Source: Eledone cirrhosa (lineage: Eukaryota). From it: DNA of 64,000 bases. Positions 41,458-54,400 of the stretch are shown here, piece after piece (position 1 is the first letter of the stretch; each line of letters starts with the position of its first letter). Position numbers and translations under genes: made by a program. Below the pieces are notes generated by a model that was not told where the DNA came from, searched no databases, and saw only the letters and a list, made by a program, of their open reading frames with translations. The stretch lies in contig OZ024740.1 of NCBI GenBank assembly GCA_964016885.1, forward strand, positions 314,340,001 through 314,404,000, read 5' to 3'.

Positions 41458-41787
41458 ATGTATGTATGGTCCCTAAACTCCTGATAGAGTCGTAGAGGCG
41501 CCGTATTGACATACGGCGTTTCTTGAGCATTTTAAACCTGGCGGAGCCCATCCCTCTCCAAGCCTGAGTACAGCAAATTTCTTCCAGAGACAGATAGAGA
41601 GTGATAGAGAGGAAATAAGAAAGAGATATAGAGGAAGAATTGACCCCATTATTAGACTGGTCCTATTCTTATCGACCTCGAAAGGATGAAAGGCAAAGTT
41701 GACCTTGGCAGGATTTGAACTCAGAGAGCAGAGGGCCGGAACGAATAACATAAAGCATTCAATCTGATGTTCTAATGATTTTGCCAA
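41458..41787 (-). mobile_element. SINE family 3 (CATA tail)
   Basis: Homologous to 29945-30265. Confidence 0.82.
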
Positions 41788-42145
41788 TGTATGTAGTGAC
41801 CAAGAGAAGAGAAGACAACAAACGAAAAACTTTTTTTTCAAGGGGAAACCTTGACCATGACCCACTCACGCAATGAGGCAATAAGCTTGCGGTTGTGAAA
41901 CTGCATCCTAAGGTTCAGAATGCACACATTATAGTTATTCAGTGAGTACTATGGCAATGCTTTCATAAAAGATACCTCGCGTATCCAACTCCTGGACAGA
42001 TTCCGTTTCTGTGCAACAGTTATTAAAACCGCAGTATGCAGAGAATTGCGTAATATCAGCAGGCATTATGCAATCGGGCTATTGAATTTCTTCAGTAGGA
42101 AAGCCGATATTGAACACTTAGGTCTTAATGTGTGCACAGTTGCAC

Positions 42146-42191
<46 letters not shown>

Positions 42192-42239
42192 ATCTTCAAC
42201 ATCTGGTGGATGTTTCTTGAGCATTTCATCTCCAGGTTT

Positions 42240-42400
42240 AATCACAGTAGATTTCTCCTTGAGAAAGAGAGAATGAAAGGTGTGGAAGTGAAGAATCGAC
42301 CCCAGGATGAAAGGTAAAGTTGACCTCGGCGGAATTTGAACTTAGAGCGCAGAGTTCCAGAACGAATACCGCAAACCATCCTATCCAAATCTCTAACGAC
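42240..42400 (-). mobile_element. SINE family 3, partial
   Basis: Core and head remnants. Confidence 0.65.
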
Positions 42401-42454
42401 TTATCCTCTATATATATAATGTGTGTGTGTGTGTGTGTGTGTATGTGTGTGTGT

Positions 42455-42543
<89 letters not shown>

Positions 42544-43300
42544 CATATATATGTGTCTCTGTGTGTTTGAGATTATGTGTGTATATCTTCTTCATTTGAG
42601 TCCTTCGTATAAAGAAGTAGTTGGTTTCTAACAAAAAAATCTCATTGCTGGAATTTGAATACAATGGTGAATGTTGCCTGTTAAACATTAGAAAAGACTT
42701 GCATATGTTTACTGTGTAACTTACAGGTTGCATTTACAAAGTGCGTGTTAAAAGTTCCCTTCTCGAGGTTGCAGCATAGGTAGTTATTAAAATATCCGGA
42801 TGCACCAATAATTATAGCTATAAATTTGAATTTATAATCCGGTTAGAGCGACTTGGTTTCAAAACAGTCCATAAATATTCTTTCTCGCTGATTTTGAAAT
42901 GAATGTTCTCGTTTGACAATTGACCTTTATAACTGAACATAATCTTTTTCCTTTGCGTCATAAACAACTATATGAAGCCATTTATGCTTGTACTTGGCAG
43001 ATATTTTCACGGGAATGTTCTACCAATATATTTGAAGTTGTAACTATTTATATATTAAATAAAACAAATATGTTCTACATTCATCAATGAACCTCCATTT
43101 TCTCTCCTAAAATATAATCTATTCGTTGGGTAATGTTCTGTAGATTGTCATATATTTTGCTTGCTATTCTATCTACATTCTTAAGATCTCCCCTTGACTA
43201 TTGGTTTCCCCTCGTTTAATGATGGATATTGCTTTTGAGTTCATGGCACTGATGGTATTTAAATTATTGAGCATTGAGCTTAGATTTTACTATCCATCTT

Positions 43301-43630
43301 GTATTTATGTAGGGTCCCGTAACTCCTGGTAGGGTCGTAGGGGCTCCGTATTGACATACGGCGTTGCTTGGGAATTTTAAGCCCATCCCTCTCCAGGCCT
43401 GAGTACAGCAGATTTCTTCAAGAGAAAGATAGAAAGTGAGAGAGAGGAAATGAGAAAAAGATATAGAGGAAGAATCGACCCTAGAACTAGACTGGTACTT
43501 TTTTATTGACCTCGAAATGATGAAAGGCAAAATTGACCTCGGCAGGATTTGAACTCCAAGAGCAGAGAGCCGGATCGAATACCATAAAGCATTCTATCCG
43601 ACGTTCTAACGACTAAACCAATTCGCCGCC
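43301..43630 (-). mobile_element. Full-length SINE family 3
   Basis: 13-bp TSD TACTATCCATCTT (43288-43300 and 43631-43643). Confidence 0.9.
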
Positions 43631-43692
43631 TACTATCCATCTTACCCATCGAAAATATTCTCTCCTGATTTTGTCTTTTATTCTTCCATCCT

Positions 43693-43907
43693 AGGGCTGT
43701 GGATTGGCAGTATTGGTAGAGCGTCGGCCCACATGCTTTGCGGCTCGTAGTTACAGCCCTTTACGTTCTGAGATCAAATCCCACCGAGGTTAGCTTTGCC
43801 TCTTATCCTTACGGGGTCGATAAAATAAAATAACAGTAACGTACTGGGTCGATTTAATCGACTTTCTCCACGATCAAACTGTTGGCCTTGTGTCTAAATC
43901 AGAAATC
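43693..43907 (+). mobile_element. Full-length SINE family 1
   Basis: A/B boxes, tail GGCCTTGTGTCTAAATCAGAAATC, imperfect TSD ATTCTTCCATCCT / ATTATTTCATCCT. Confidence 0.88.
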
Positions 43908-43969
43908 ATTATTTCATCCTTTATACTATTAGCTTTCAAAGCTCCTAGATATTTTTTATCCATCGTCTA

Positions 43970-44190
43970 TATTATTCTCTCGTATCTTCTCGTTCGTTAG
44001 AATTATTCTCTCATATCTTCTTGTTCTTTAGATTTATTCTCTCGTACCTTCTGGTTCGTTAGAATTATTCTCTCGTATTTTCTTGTTCGTTAGATTTATT
44101 CTCTCGTATCTTCTCGTTCGTTAGATTTATTCCCTCGTATCTTCTTGCTCGTTAGATTTATTTCCGTGTATCTTCTCGTTCATTAAATAT
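43970..44190. repeat. About 31-bp minisatellite
   Basis: Repeats of TTATTCTCTCGTATCTTCTCGTTCGTTAGA. Confidence 0.85.
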
Positions 44191-44502
44191 ATTCTGTCAC
44201 CTTTACAGTATTCCTCTTTCTTAAATGGAAATACCAAACTCCATTCTTATGTCGGTGGTAAACACTCACACCGAACTAACGAGAGTATACAATTAATCCT
44301 CTTTCAGTTTTGCCATATAACTTTTGTTCATCCATGAATTTTGAAATATTGTTCATTCTTCCATGGTCTTTTCCTACACTACATCCAGCTCTTATTTTTC
44401 TCAATTCTCGGGAGATTGAGATAAGAGCAATACTAAGTGTAATAAGTTATCATCTTGGAAAAATACTTCGACCTATTGTTGCTATTAGTATTATTATTAT
44501 AG

Positions 44503-44985
44503 TTTCCTGATTTCCCTCTTCAACTTTTTCACTTTCTTTCTCATTCACACTGTGGTCCTACGGTGAAGCAATATCCACAACAATTGCCTTGTTATTCTTT
44601 CTTTTCTACAACAATGTCAGGTTTTCTAGCCACGATAAAATGGCCACACTGGATGGTCATGCCCCACAAGATCTTATACTGTTCGCTTTCAGCAACCCTT
44701 TCCGGCTGGTGCTCACACAATTTCTCACTTCTGCTCATTTCATACTTATAACAGAGCTTCCAATGAACCAATCTTGCAATGTTGTTGTGCCTTCCTCTGT
44801 AAATTTTCTGTGCAAGCATCTTACATTCACTAATAATGTGGTTTATTGTCTCACCTTTATCACCACACAACAAAGTGGGATATTCACTGACTTGTCAATA
44901 TTTAACTTGATATAGTTCGTTCTCAGTGCTTGTTCTTGGGCTGCGAAAATAAGGGCTCCAGTTTCAACTTCACGATGAGTTCCAG
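44503..44985 (-). mobile_element. Third R4/Dong-type RLE fragment
   Basis: LCGDKGETINHIISEC..LAQ..Y..RHNN...ILW..TIQ...RKPDIVV. Confidence 0.8.
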
Positions 44986-45019
44986 TCATGCCAACGCTTT
45001 TATTATCATTATTATTATA

Positions 45020-45110
45020 TCCTTACGGGGTCGATAAAATAAAGTACCAGTAATGCACTGGGTAATTGCTGGCCTTGTGCCTAAAGTAGAAACAATTATT
45101 ATTATTATTA
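45020..45110 (+). mobile_element. SINE family 1 3' half with (ATT)n tail, left anchor of the LINE array
   Basis: Core plus GTAGAAACAATTATTATT. Confidence 0.88.
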
Positions 45111-45119
45111 CATTATTAT

Positions 45120-45586
45120 CTTTTTCAAGTTTCACTTGAAGAGGAAAATCAGGGTGGGGAGGTAAGTGCTGCCTTCTAGCAAGTTTGTTGAAAGGTGGGT
45201 GAATGTAGCGAGAATGGTCCGAGTGAACGGGACCGCTCTGAATATACGCCCGTAGTTTGAGAAATGGAAAAATTGAGAGAGGGCGCTTTCCCTGGTGGTC
45301 AGGGTGGCCTTGGTCTTTTGTGTCGTTTTCGCCACGAGTAACCCTCGGAGGTTTCCCCCCTATTGGGGAATTTTTAATTGTTTCAATTTTCATTGTTATT
45401 GTTTATATATATATGTTTCTATGTCTTTTTCTTTTTCTTTTCTTATATAAATAATAAAAATCTTTACACGCACATAACCCACATCGTACCGTCCTGTACC
45501 GTCCTGTGCCGTCTGTAATATTTTTATTGATGTCAGCCCTTGTGGCTAATAAAGAAATCATTATTATTATTATTATTATTATTATT
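45120..45586 (+). mobile_element. Tx1-like LINE, array unit 0 (3' fragment)
   Basis: ORF2 C-terminus FFKFHLKRKIRV...RVNGTAL, 3' UTR, AATAAAGAAATC(ATT)n. Confidence 0.9.
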
Positions 45587-48500
45587 GGCGACCTACATAG
45601 GAAATTGTATTATCGTGAGCTCCGCAAAGGTTTGTTGTTTTCAGTTGTTTCAAATTGCCAGTTATGGAAAATTTTTGTTGTTAAGTGTTTATAAGTTCAC
45701 ATATATTGCTTTCTGAAAAGGACACAAAAAAATATTGGGGCCTTGAGCCCAAAACTTAAACTTTTTATTTATAAAACAAAATATTTCTTTGAAAAAAAAA
45801 ACATGGACGACAAATTTACTGTTTTTAACAGACCAACACCCCCCCCCCCTCCCCCACCACCACCAACACCAACACCATTGTAAGCCTTCTTACTGAAAAT
45901 ATAATTAATAACAGTTTGAATTATTTAGAATTGCCGCATAAAGACATGGATTTCCCGCCATTACCAATAACTGCAGGTGTTAAAGCCACCACCACCACCA
46001 CAGCGACAACAGAAACCAAAAAAAATAAATTATTATCTCGTGACATCGAAATGGATTCACCCAGAATCGACTCTTCCACGCCGAACACCACTGACACCAC
46101 CACCACCTCCACCACAACTGAAACTAAAAATAACAATAACAACAGCAGCAACAACAACAACAATGAGAATAACAACAACACCACCGAAAAAAAATGTGTC
46201 GTTTGCCAAAAAAGCCAAGAAAAGCGAAACAATCGAGGTAAGCCAGGATGAATTAAATGAAGCCAAGAGAATGGTAAAAAAAGATGGGTACAAGGTCAGC
46301 CTCACCCCACCCCCACACCTAATAACATGGAGCATCGGCGCCTATGCACCGTGTCTTATCGGACGATAAACACAAAATCACGCCGAGTGGAACGGGCATC
46401 CGAGTCCCAAATACAAAAAGCTTTGGGACATGTGTGGGCGAAAAAAACCTACATCGGACGTGGGCAGAAATATGGAACCGTGGACGTGTTCTTTGGAACA
46501 CCACCCATTAAGAAGCGACGACTTCACACTCGTCCCAAGCTATTGTGACCAGAGACTCGTGAAGAGCAGGGTGACCTACGTTCCACCGACCATCGAAATT
46601 CCCTGGCTAATGGCTGCCGTCCTCGCCGGCATCGAGGCCAACACCAAAATAATTGAAATAACAAAAGAAAAGCAGGAGAATTGGTCCGGATCTGGGATGG
46701 AGCTCCTGATCCAAGCGGACCAAAAAAGCATTGAGGAAATCCCAGAGGTGATAGACCTCACAAACGGCAGCCTCCTCACCGTAATCCTTGAGGGTAGAAG
46801 GCCTAGGAGTGTCGTTTGTGGTGAAGGAACCCACCTAAAGGCTTTCTGCCCTCAGGCTAAAAAGTTGAGGCCACCTTTCTTACCCACCCCAGTGACTCAA
46901 CCATCAACACCACCAGCAGCAGAAATGGCAGCAACAACTGTAGCAGCAGCTAAAGAAGCAACTGGAACAGCAACAACCCCAGCAACAGTAGCAAAACCAA
47001 CACCACCACCACACAACGCGCCAGAACTAGCAGCAGCGCCTACACCATCCACCACGCCACAACCAAAACCAACGCCTGTGGAGGATTTTCCACTCCCCGA
47101 CCTATCGCAACTGGAAAAAGATTGTGACGACGAGGAGTGGGAAACGGTTTCAGGAAAAAAGAAAAAAAGAAAAATAGAAACCAAAAAAGAAAAAATCCTC
47201 TTCCTGCCCCCTCCAAAAACAAAATACAGAGGGAAACAAATAAACTATCAAACAAAAAAGTTAGGACAGCTATGCCACCATCCACTCCAGCATCACCAAC
47301 CCCATCACCACAAACACCAACACCATCACCATCATTAACCCCAACACCACCATCACCAACACCACAAAAGTCATCAAAAAGCGAAACAGAAACAAACCCA
47401 CAACAAACGCAAACAAAACAAAACAACCAAAACGATACACACTACACAGCATTAAATTTGAACAACAACCAATTATTACACTACATCCAATACAACACCA
47501 GCATCACAGAAAAAGACTACACAACAACCCAAAAGTTTACACCACCTCCACACACACAAATCACTCGCATGACACAGAAAACGTACACGACACTAAAACA
47601 AAAATTCCCCAAAGACAACGGAGACTTCCGACAAGCACTCTCCAGAAGGATTTATAAGGACATCCTTCTGGAGGAGGCCACAAGCAGTGAAAAGGATGGA
47701 CAAACCATCCTTCCTCTACGAGAAGTAAGGTAAGTGGTCTTTTCCATCTTTTCCACTCCATTTCAACATGACCTCACTCAGAATAGGCAGCATAAATGCG
47801 CGTGGCTTGGGATCGTCATGGAAGCAGGGCCACCTGCTCAACAACCTCAGGTCACTAAACATAGATGTAGTGGCCATCAGCGAGACCAGAATCTCCGAAG
47901 CACGGGCCTTCGCACCGATCTTCGGCGGCTATGATGTCTACGCATCTCCCAGCCGTCCTGGATCGGGGGGAGGAGTTTCTTTGCTTTTTCGGAGAGGTTT
48001 GGATTTCGCCATATGGGCCATCTTCCTGGACCCAGAAGGTAAGTTGGTGGTGCTGGACGTGACCAGCGGAGACGGGCAAGCTTTCAGGTTAGTGGCCGTC
48101 TATGCCCCGACAGGAGCAGGGCGGCCTGATTTCTTCCGGCGTCTGGAGACATTTCTTGGAACGTCCCGCTCTTTAGTGTTAGTGGGCGACTGGAACGGGA
48201 TCTTAGATGCACGCTGGGACTGTGTGGGATTAGCGGATAGGGGAGGAGGGTGCAAGAGCCTCACCAACTTGCTCAGGCGTTTTGAACTGTCTGACAGGTA
48301 CCGATTGGATTTCCCGAATGTGCCAATGTGGACTTGGACAAATCGCATAGGGTCATCCAGATCATATCTAGATAGAGTATTTTGTAGGCAAATAGATAGG
48401 TCTAGCATAGGCTGTCCACAATTCAAGATAGTCAGCTAGACGGGCCACAAATTCGTGATCTGTGTGCTTGACTTAGATAGGCTTTATAGACGAGGACCCG

Positions 48501-51455
48501 GCTACTGGAAGCTAAACGCGTCCTTACCAGCGCGCAAGGCTTACAGAGACCGGATTAGCGAACTAGTTAAGCGGGCGTTGACGGGGCCCATCGTCAACAA
48601 CAAGTGGTGGTCTGCTCTGAAAAGAGCGATTAGAATAGAGTCCATTAGGTTTAGTAAGGCTTTAGCAATAGAGAAAAATAGAGCAGAGAGAGAACTAGTT
48701 AGAAAATTAGACGAGGCGCTTAGCAAAGGCATCGCGACCGACGTACTTGCGGCGAAATTGGCCCTTGACCAATTCTTCAATGCAAAGCACGAAAGCTGCG
48801 TTGTCAGAGCTAGGGTGCGTTCTCTCAGACACGAGCGGACGAAAGCCGTTCAATGGGCCCGAGTGGCGGAGGCGCGTCGTGGTAACAAAGCCACGATCCG
48901 GTCTTTGGTGGACCACGACGGGCGCATGCTACTCGATCCCGGGAAAATGTGTGAAGCTTTTCAGCGACACTTCGCTCAGCTGTTCGGGGGAAGCGGCGGG
49001 CCGGATCGAGGGATGGACTTTAGTGTCTACCTCGACGGACTGCGGCGGCTCTCGGCCACTGAGGCGGTGTGTTGCGAAAAGCCGATAACAGCCGCTGAAG
49101 TACGGGAGGCAATGACTGGCTGCACAAGGGGTAAATCGCCTGGTTTGGATGGTCTGCCCTATGAACTTTACGTACAGATGCCAGACTTGTTCGGAGGCCT
49201 CTTGGACGTCTACTGCAACTGGCAACAGAACGGGAGAATTCCCAGCTCTGTGAGCCGAGGAGCTGTGGCGCTGCTCAGAAAGGATCCGAACAAGGGGGAT
49301 AACATAGATAATTTCAGGCCCATAACTCTGCTAAACACAGAGTTCAAGATTTTGGTCAAGGTGCTAGCAAAGAGGTTGGCGCTTGTCGTTGGTGGTCTGG
49401 TGGGAGAGGCGCAGACATGCGCCATTCCTGACAGATCCATCCACGACAACCTCCACCTCATGCGATACATCGTGGAGAGGGTAGCTAAGGAACCTGGCAC
49501 AGGTGGGTCCTTGATCAATTTAGATCAGTCGAAAGCTTTCGATAGGGTCGACCATCGTTACCTAGCGGCAGTCCTGAGGGCGGCTGGCTTTGGGCCTGTC
49601 TTCAGAGGCTGGATCGCTGCCATGCACAGCGACATCTGCTCTGTGGTGAGAGTGAACGGTCACCTTTCGGAACCGTTCAACATCATGCGCTCGGTCCGCC
49701 AAGGATGTCCCCTCTCGTCCCTCTTGTACGTATTGACTCTCGAGCCATTACTGCACAAACTGGAGACGTTGAGGAGGATCCCGCGCGAACTAGGATGCGG
49801 AAGATCCGTGTCAGCATGTGGGGACGATGTCACCGTAGTGGTGTCGAACGCCAAACTCATCGAGGCGATCGGCACTACACTAAGAGAATACGAAGCGGTG
49901 ACAGGAGCAATGATCAACCAGGAAAAGTCAGTGGGCCTGTAGCTCGGCACCTGGAGAGGCAGGTCGATGCCGTCCAACAGCGTCGTCGGACGCTGGACGG
50001 ACGGACCGGTTAAATTGCTAGGGGTCTGGTTCGGTCCGGACCTCCAGACGGACAAAAACTGGGACGAGGTGACGAGCAGGGTGGCTTCTCTCACCCAGAA
50101 ATGGGCGGAGAGGAAGCTATCCCTGAAAAGTCGAGCGGAGGTGGCCAACGCGTACATCGCGTCTGTCATCTGCTACCGCCTGACCGTCGTATCTTGTCCT
50201 AAGCCCCGCCTGACTGCTCTGGAGCATTTGCTCTTTCGCTTTTTGTGGAAGGGACGCGCTCCGATGGTCAGGCGGTCCATCTGTTGTCAACACCCGCTAC
50301 GTGGAGGGCTGGGCATGCCGTGGCTGATGATGCGCAGACACGCGCTCAGGCTACGTCATCTCCACCTCTTCCTCGACGGTGATCAGGTGTAGTCGCCGTT
50401 TGCTAGACACGTATTTCCCCAGCTCGTTTCCTTGACGGAGCTGCAGTCCTGGGTCAAGCGAAGACCGAGAGGGAGCGCCTGGAGACTGGAATGTCTTCAG
50501 GCGCTCACAGCCCTCGACCAATCGGGCAATGTGATCGGTGGAAACTCCACCTCAGCGTTCTATAGAGGATTAGTGGAGGGGAAGAGCGACGACGTACTTG
50601 GGGAAACTCTAGGCGTCGACGAAAATCAACTAGCCAATCTCTTCGGAAGAACTTTCGGGCCGGGGCCTATGGACAACTTCCAGAAATCTCTGGCCTGGCA
50701 GTGCTACCGAGGAGCCTTGCCAGTTCGAGATAAACTCTACAGGCATGGAGGTGCCGTCAGCCGGGCATGTCCGAGATGCGCGCAGGGCGACGAAACCGTC
50801 CTGCACGCACTCGTCTAGTGTCCGAAAATTGCTGACTTGTGGGTTTATGTCGAACACCTGCCGTCGCGTGTAGGACGGATCTGGCTATCATCTGAGTCCA
50901 TCGTGAGGATTGCCCCGCCCTCTTCCTTCAGCCGGGAAGGGCAGGCAGTTTTTATCTGTCTGGTGGCCATGGCGAAAGAGATAGTATGGTGGACACGTTT
51001 GAAAGGGCTGAAGACGAGCACTTACCTCTTCGGTGATGCCCTGATTGACTTTTTCAAATTTCATTTGAAAAGGAAAATCATGGTAGAAAGGGAAGTGCTC
51101 TCTTCCCAGCATTTTGTTGAAAGATGGGTGAGAGAGGCAAGAATGGCCCGAGTGAATGGGCCTACTCTGAGTATGTGTCTGTAAATTAAAGGTGGAAAAC
51201 TGGGAGAGGGCACTTGCCTTGGTGGTCAGGGTCACTGGCTTTTTAATGGGCTTTCTCCACGAATGTCCCTCGGAAGTCTCCCCCCTATTGGAGAATTTTT
51301 TCATTGTTCTATTATTACATCCTCTGTTTCTTGTTTTTTTTTACACGCAGAAATGCCCATTTGTACCGCCCTGTATTGTCCAGTACTGTCCTTAATGTCT
51401 ACTTTATGTAAACCCTTGTGGTTAATAAAGAAATCATTATTATTATTATTATTAT
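45587..51455 (+). mobile_element. Tx1-like LINE, array unit A (full length, disrupted)
   Basis: Frameshifted ORF1 at about 45950-47733. ORF2 47768-51184 with premature stops and YADD changed to CGDD. (ATT)n tail. Confidence 0.92.
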
Positions 51456-54400
51456 ATGGCCGCACATGTGTGAAGACAGTACAAATCTGCGGGGGAAAAG
51501 GTTCGTAACTTTAAGCTGTTTTAAAGTGTCATTTTTTGTATTTTCTTGTCGTTAACGAAACTTAAGGTACACATCTTGATTTAAAGAGAGGGATACCTCT
51601 CAATATTCGGGCTTTAAGCCCGAATATTCAGATTTATTTTTAAAAACTTCGAAAAAAATCGCTTCCCCACCAAAAGAAAATTATGGAAATTTTCGACCTT
51701 GAAACGGTAAACAACGTTCAGGTCAAAAGTTTAAAGGCAGCCACTGTAGATTTCACCACGACTACGACGGCTACAGTCATGCCTGTCGTCCACTCTACTG
51801 AATGTGAAGGCAAAACTCAAAAGCTACCATCACAACCTTCTGTGATAGCAGCAGTATCATCTGAAAACGACATCACCACCACCACCGCCATCGCCCCCAC
51901 CGCCACCACCACCACCACCACAACAACAACTCAGAGCAATAACGACAATAACACCGACAGCTTCAATGTAAACACGGATGGCGGTGGCAACACCAATAAC
52001 AACAGCAAGAACGACAACACCAACAATAAGAGCATCAGAAACACCACATTTGATGCAGCAGCAGCAAAAATAAAGCGCTTATTGAATATTGATATTGATA
52101 TTAGCGATAAAGACGAACAGTTGGCCAAAGCGTGGAGGCTAATTAAACGGGAGAAGTCCTGGGCAAACCTGACCATCCGGACGAGGCAATAGCGGCCATG
52201 CAAAGGAGTACGGTGTACTTTTGATGCATTTCGGTGCAGACACGAAAAGTGGAACTTGCCAGCCAAGCAGAGGTAGAGGCTGCTTTGGAGTACATCGGAA
52301 GTAACATAGAGTACAAAGCAAGAGGCAAACAGTTCGGTACCATCTCGGTACTGCTCAAAACCGAGGCCCTCGCTATTAAGCACTCGGTGACCCCCTGCAG
52401 AACGGAACGCATTATCATGCATCCGTCCTACATGGGTAAAAGGACAGTAAAGGTACGCATTCCCAGCATCCCACCAGGAATGAACATATGGTGGTTGCTG
52501 GGATGCGTAATCGAGGAGGGGACATACACTACCCTCCTGGATATCAAAAGGACAGAGAGAGGACTGGTCCGGAATGGATTTGGAGATTCTTCTCCAAATG
52601 AAACCGGAGGATATGAATAATATCCCGGATTTTGCCCGCCTGCAGGACGGGACAACAATCCAATTAACCATTGACGGAAGAAGGCCACGCTGCTTCGTCT
52701 GCGGGGAAGCAACGCATCTTCAAGCCTTCTGCCCTCAGCGCAAAAATGCAGGGGGTCGCAAACCTCCTTTGTTGCCAACGCCAGTGTCAGCACGGAAAGT
52801 TGCACCACCACCACCACCACCAAAAACAACACCAACAAAAACACGGACACCAACATCAAAAGCAGCCGGATCACCACCAACACCAAAACCAATCCAAGGA
52901 GAAAACGAGGAAAGCTCTCTCACCCCCACCCCACCCCAATTATACACATAGACAAAACAATAAACGCACACACAGACACAGAGACACTCACAGACACAGA
53001 CCCTTTGTCTTCCAGCAGCGAAGATGAAGGAAAACCCAAAAGTGCAAAAAAAACAGAAAACTCACAAAAAAAAGCCCCAACAAAACACAAAAACATACAC
53101 AACAAAAAATACAGACACCACTAACGCAAACACTTCCCCAATAACATCATCACCAACAGCAACATCGACACCACCTCCACAATCCCCGAAACGCAAACAA
53201 CATAAACAAACACAAGTACAAATAAACACACAAATACCTGAAATTGCAGACACCACACCTACAACAAACATAGACATACCCGAAACAACACCACCAAAAC
53301 CATCGCCACCACAGTCACCAAAACGAAAACAAATAAAACCACACCAACAAATGTTAAAAACTTCGTGCTTGTCAGAAGGGCCAACGATAAACTGATGGCC
53401 CTCTTAGCGCGAAGCGAGGACATTCAAACAGAGGGGGAGATTTTTGAAATGAGCACATTTTGCGTGCCAGAAGATTTGCTTCTGGTCCGAATGTCACTCA
53501 ATTCCTTCAAAGAAATTCGAGAGAGCTTTCCTCAAGACGTGGGAACCCCGAATGTGAAACCCACATCAAGACTTTTAAAGGGGTTCCCAAAAGAAACCCC
53601 ACCAACCATGGAGGTCGAACCACCCGACCTTCACAAGACCCGGGAGGTAAGTAAACCTTCCCCCTCTCTCTCTCTTAACTTACCAATATGGCCATATTAA
53701 GAATAGGAAGTTTAAATGTTCGCGGCCTGGGGTTACCCTAGAAGCAGGGTCGCCTGCTCAACGACCTCCGGTCGCTGGAAATGGATGTGATTGCCGTAAG
53801 AGAGACCAGAATTTCCGATACGCGCGCACTAGCCCCCATTTTCGACGACTATCAGATCTTCGCATCTGTTAGCAGGCCGGGAATGGGGGGTGGGGTGGCA
53901 GTGCTGTTTAGGAAAGGACTGGATATCGAGGTAAGGTTGATCTCCCGAGACCCGGACGGTAAGTTGGTGGTCTTGGATGTGAGCAATAGCGGATCGGATC
54001 TTCATTAGGAAAATAGATAGAAATAGTGTGGGCTGTCCACTTTTTAAAACGGTCGCCTATTCAGATCACAAATTTGTGATCTGTACGGTCGACCTAAATA
54101 AAACGCGTAGGTTAGGACCGGTTTACTGGAAGCTGAACATGTCATTTCCGGCACGTAAGGCTTACAGGGACCGAGTCAACAATTTAGTTAAGCAAAAGTT
54201 GACAGGGGGGATCATCAACAACAGATGGTGGGGGCTCTCAAAAGAGAGATTAGAGTAACTTCGCTAGAGTTCAGCAAAGAACTAGCGCTAGAGAAAAATA
54301 GAAAGGAGGGGGAGCCGGTCGATAAGTTAGACGAGGCTATTTGTAGTGGCATCGCAACTGACGTGCTAGCGGCGAGAATGGCATTAGACCATTTCTTCAA

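Noticed and set aside
41860-44280. Cys-containing minus-strand segments with donor-like sites (about 41865, 42720, 44200) as further host exons
   Set aside because: Frames contain stops and no domain could be recognised confidently by eye
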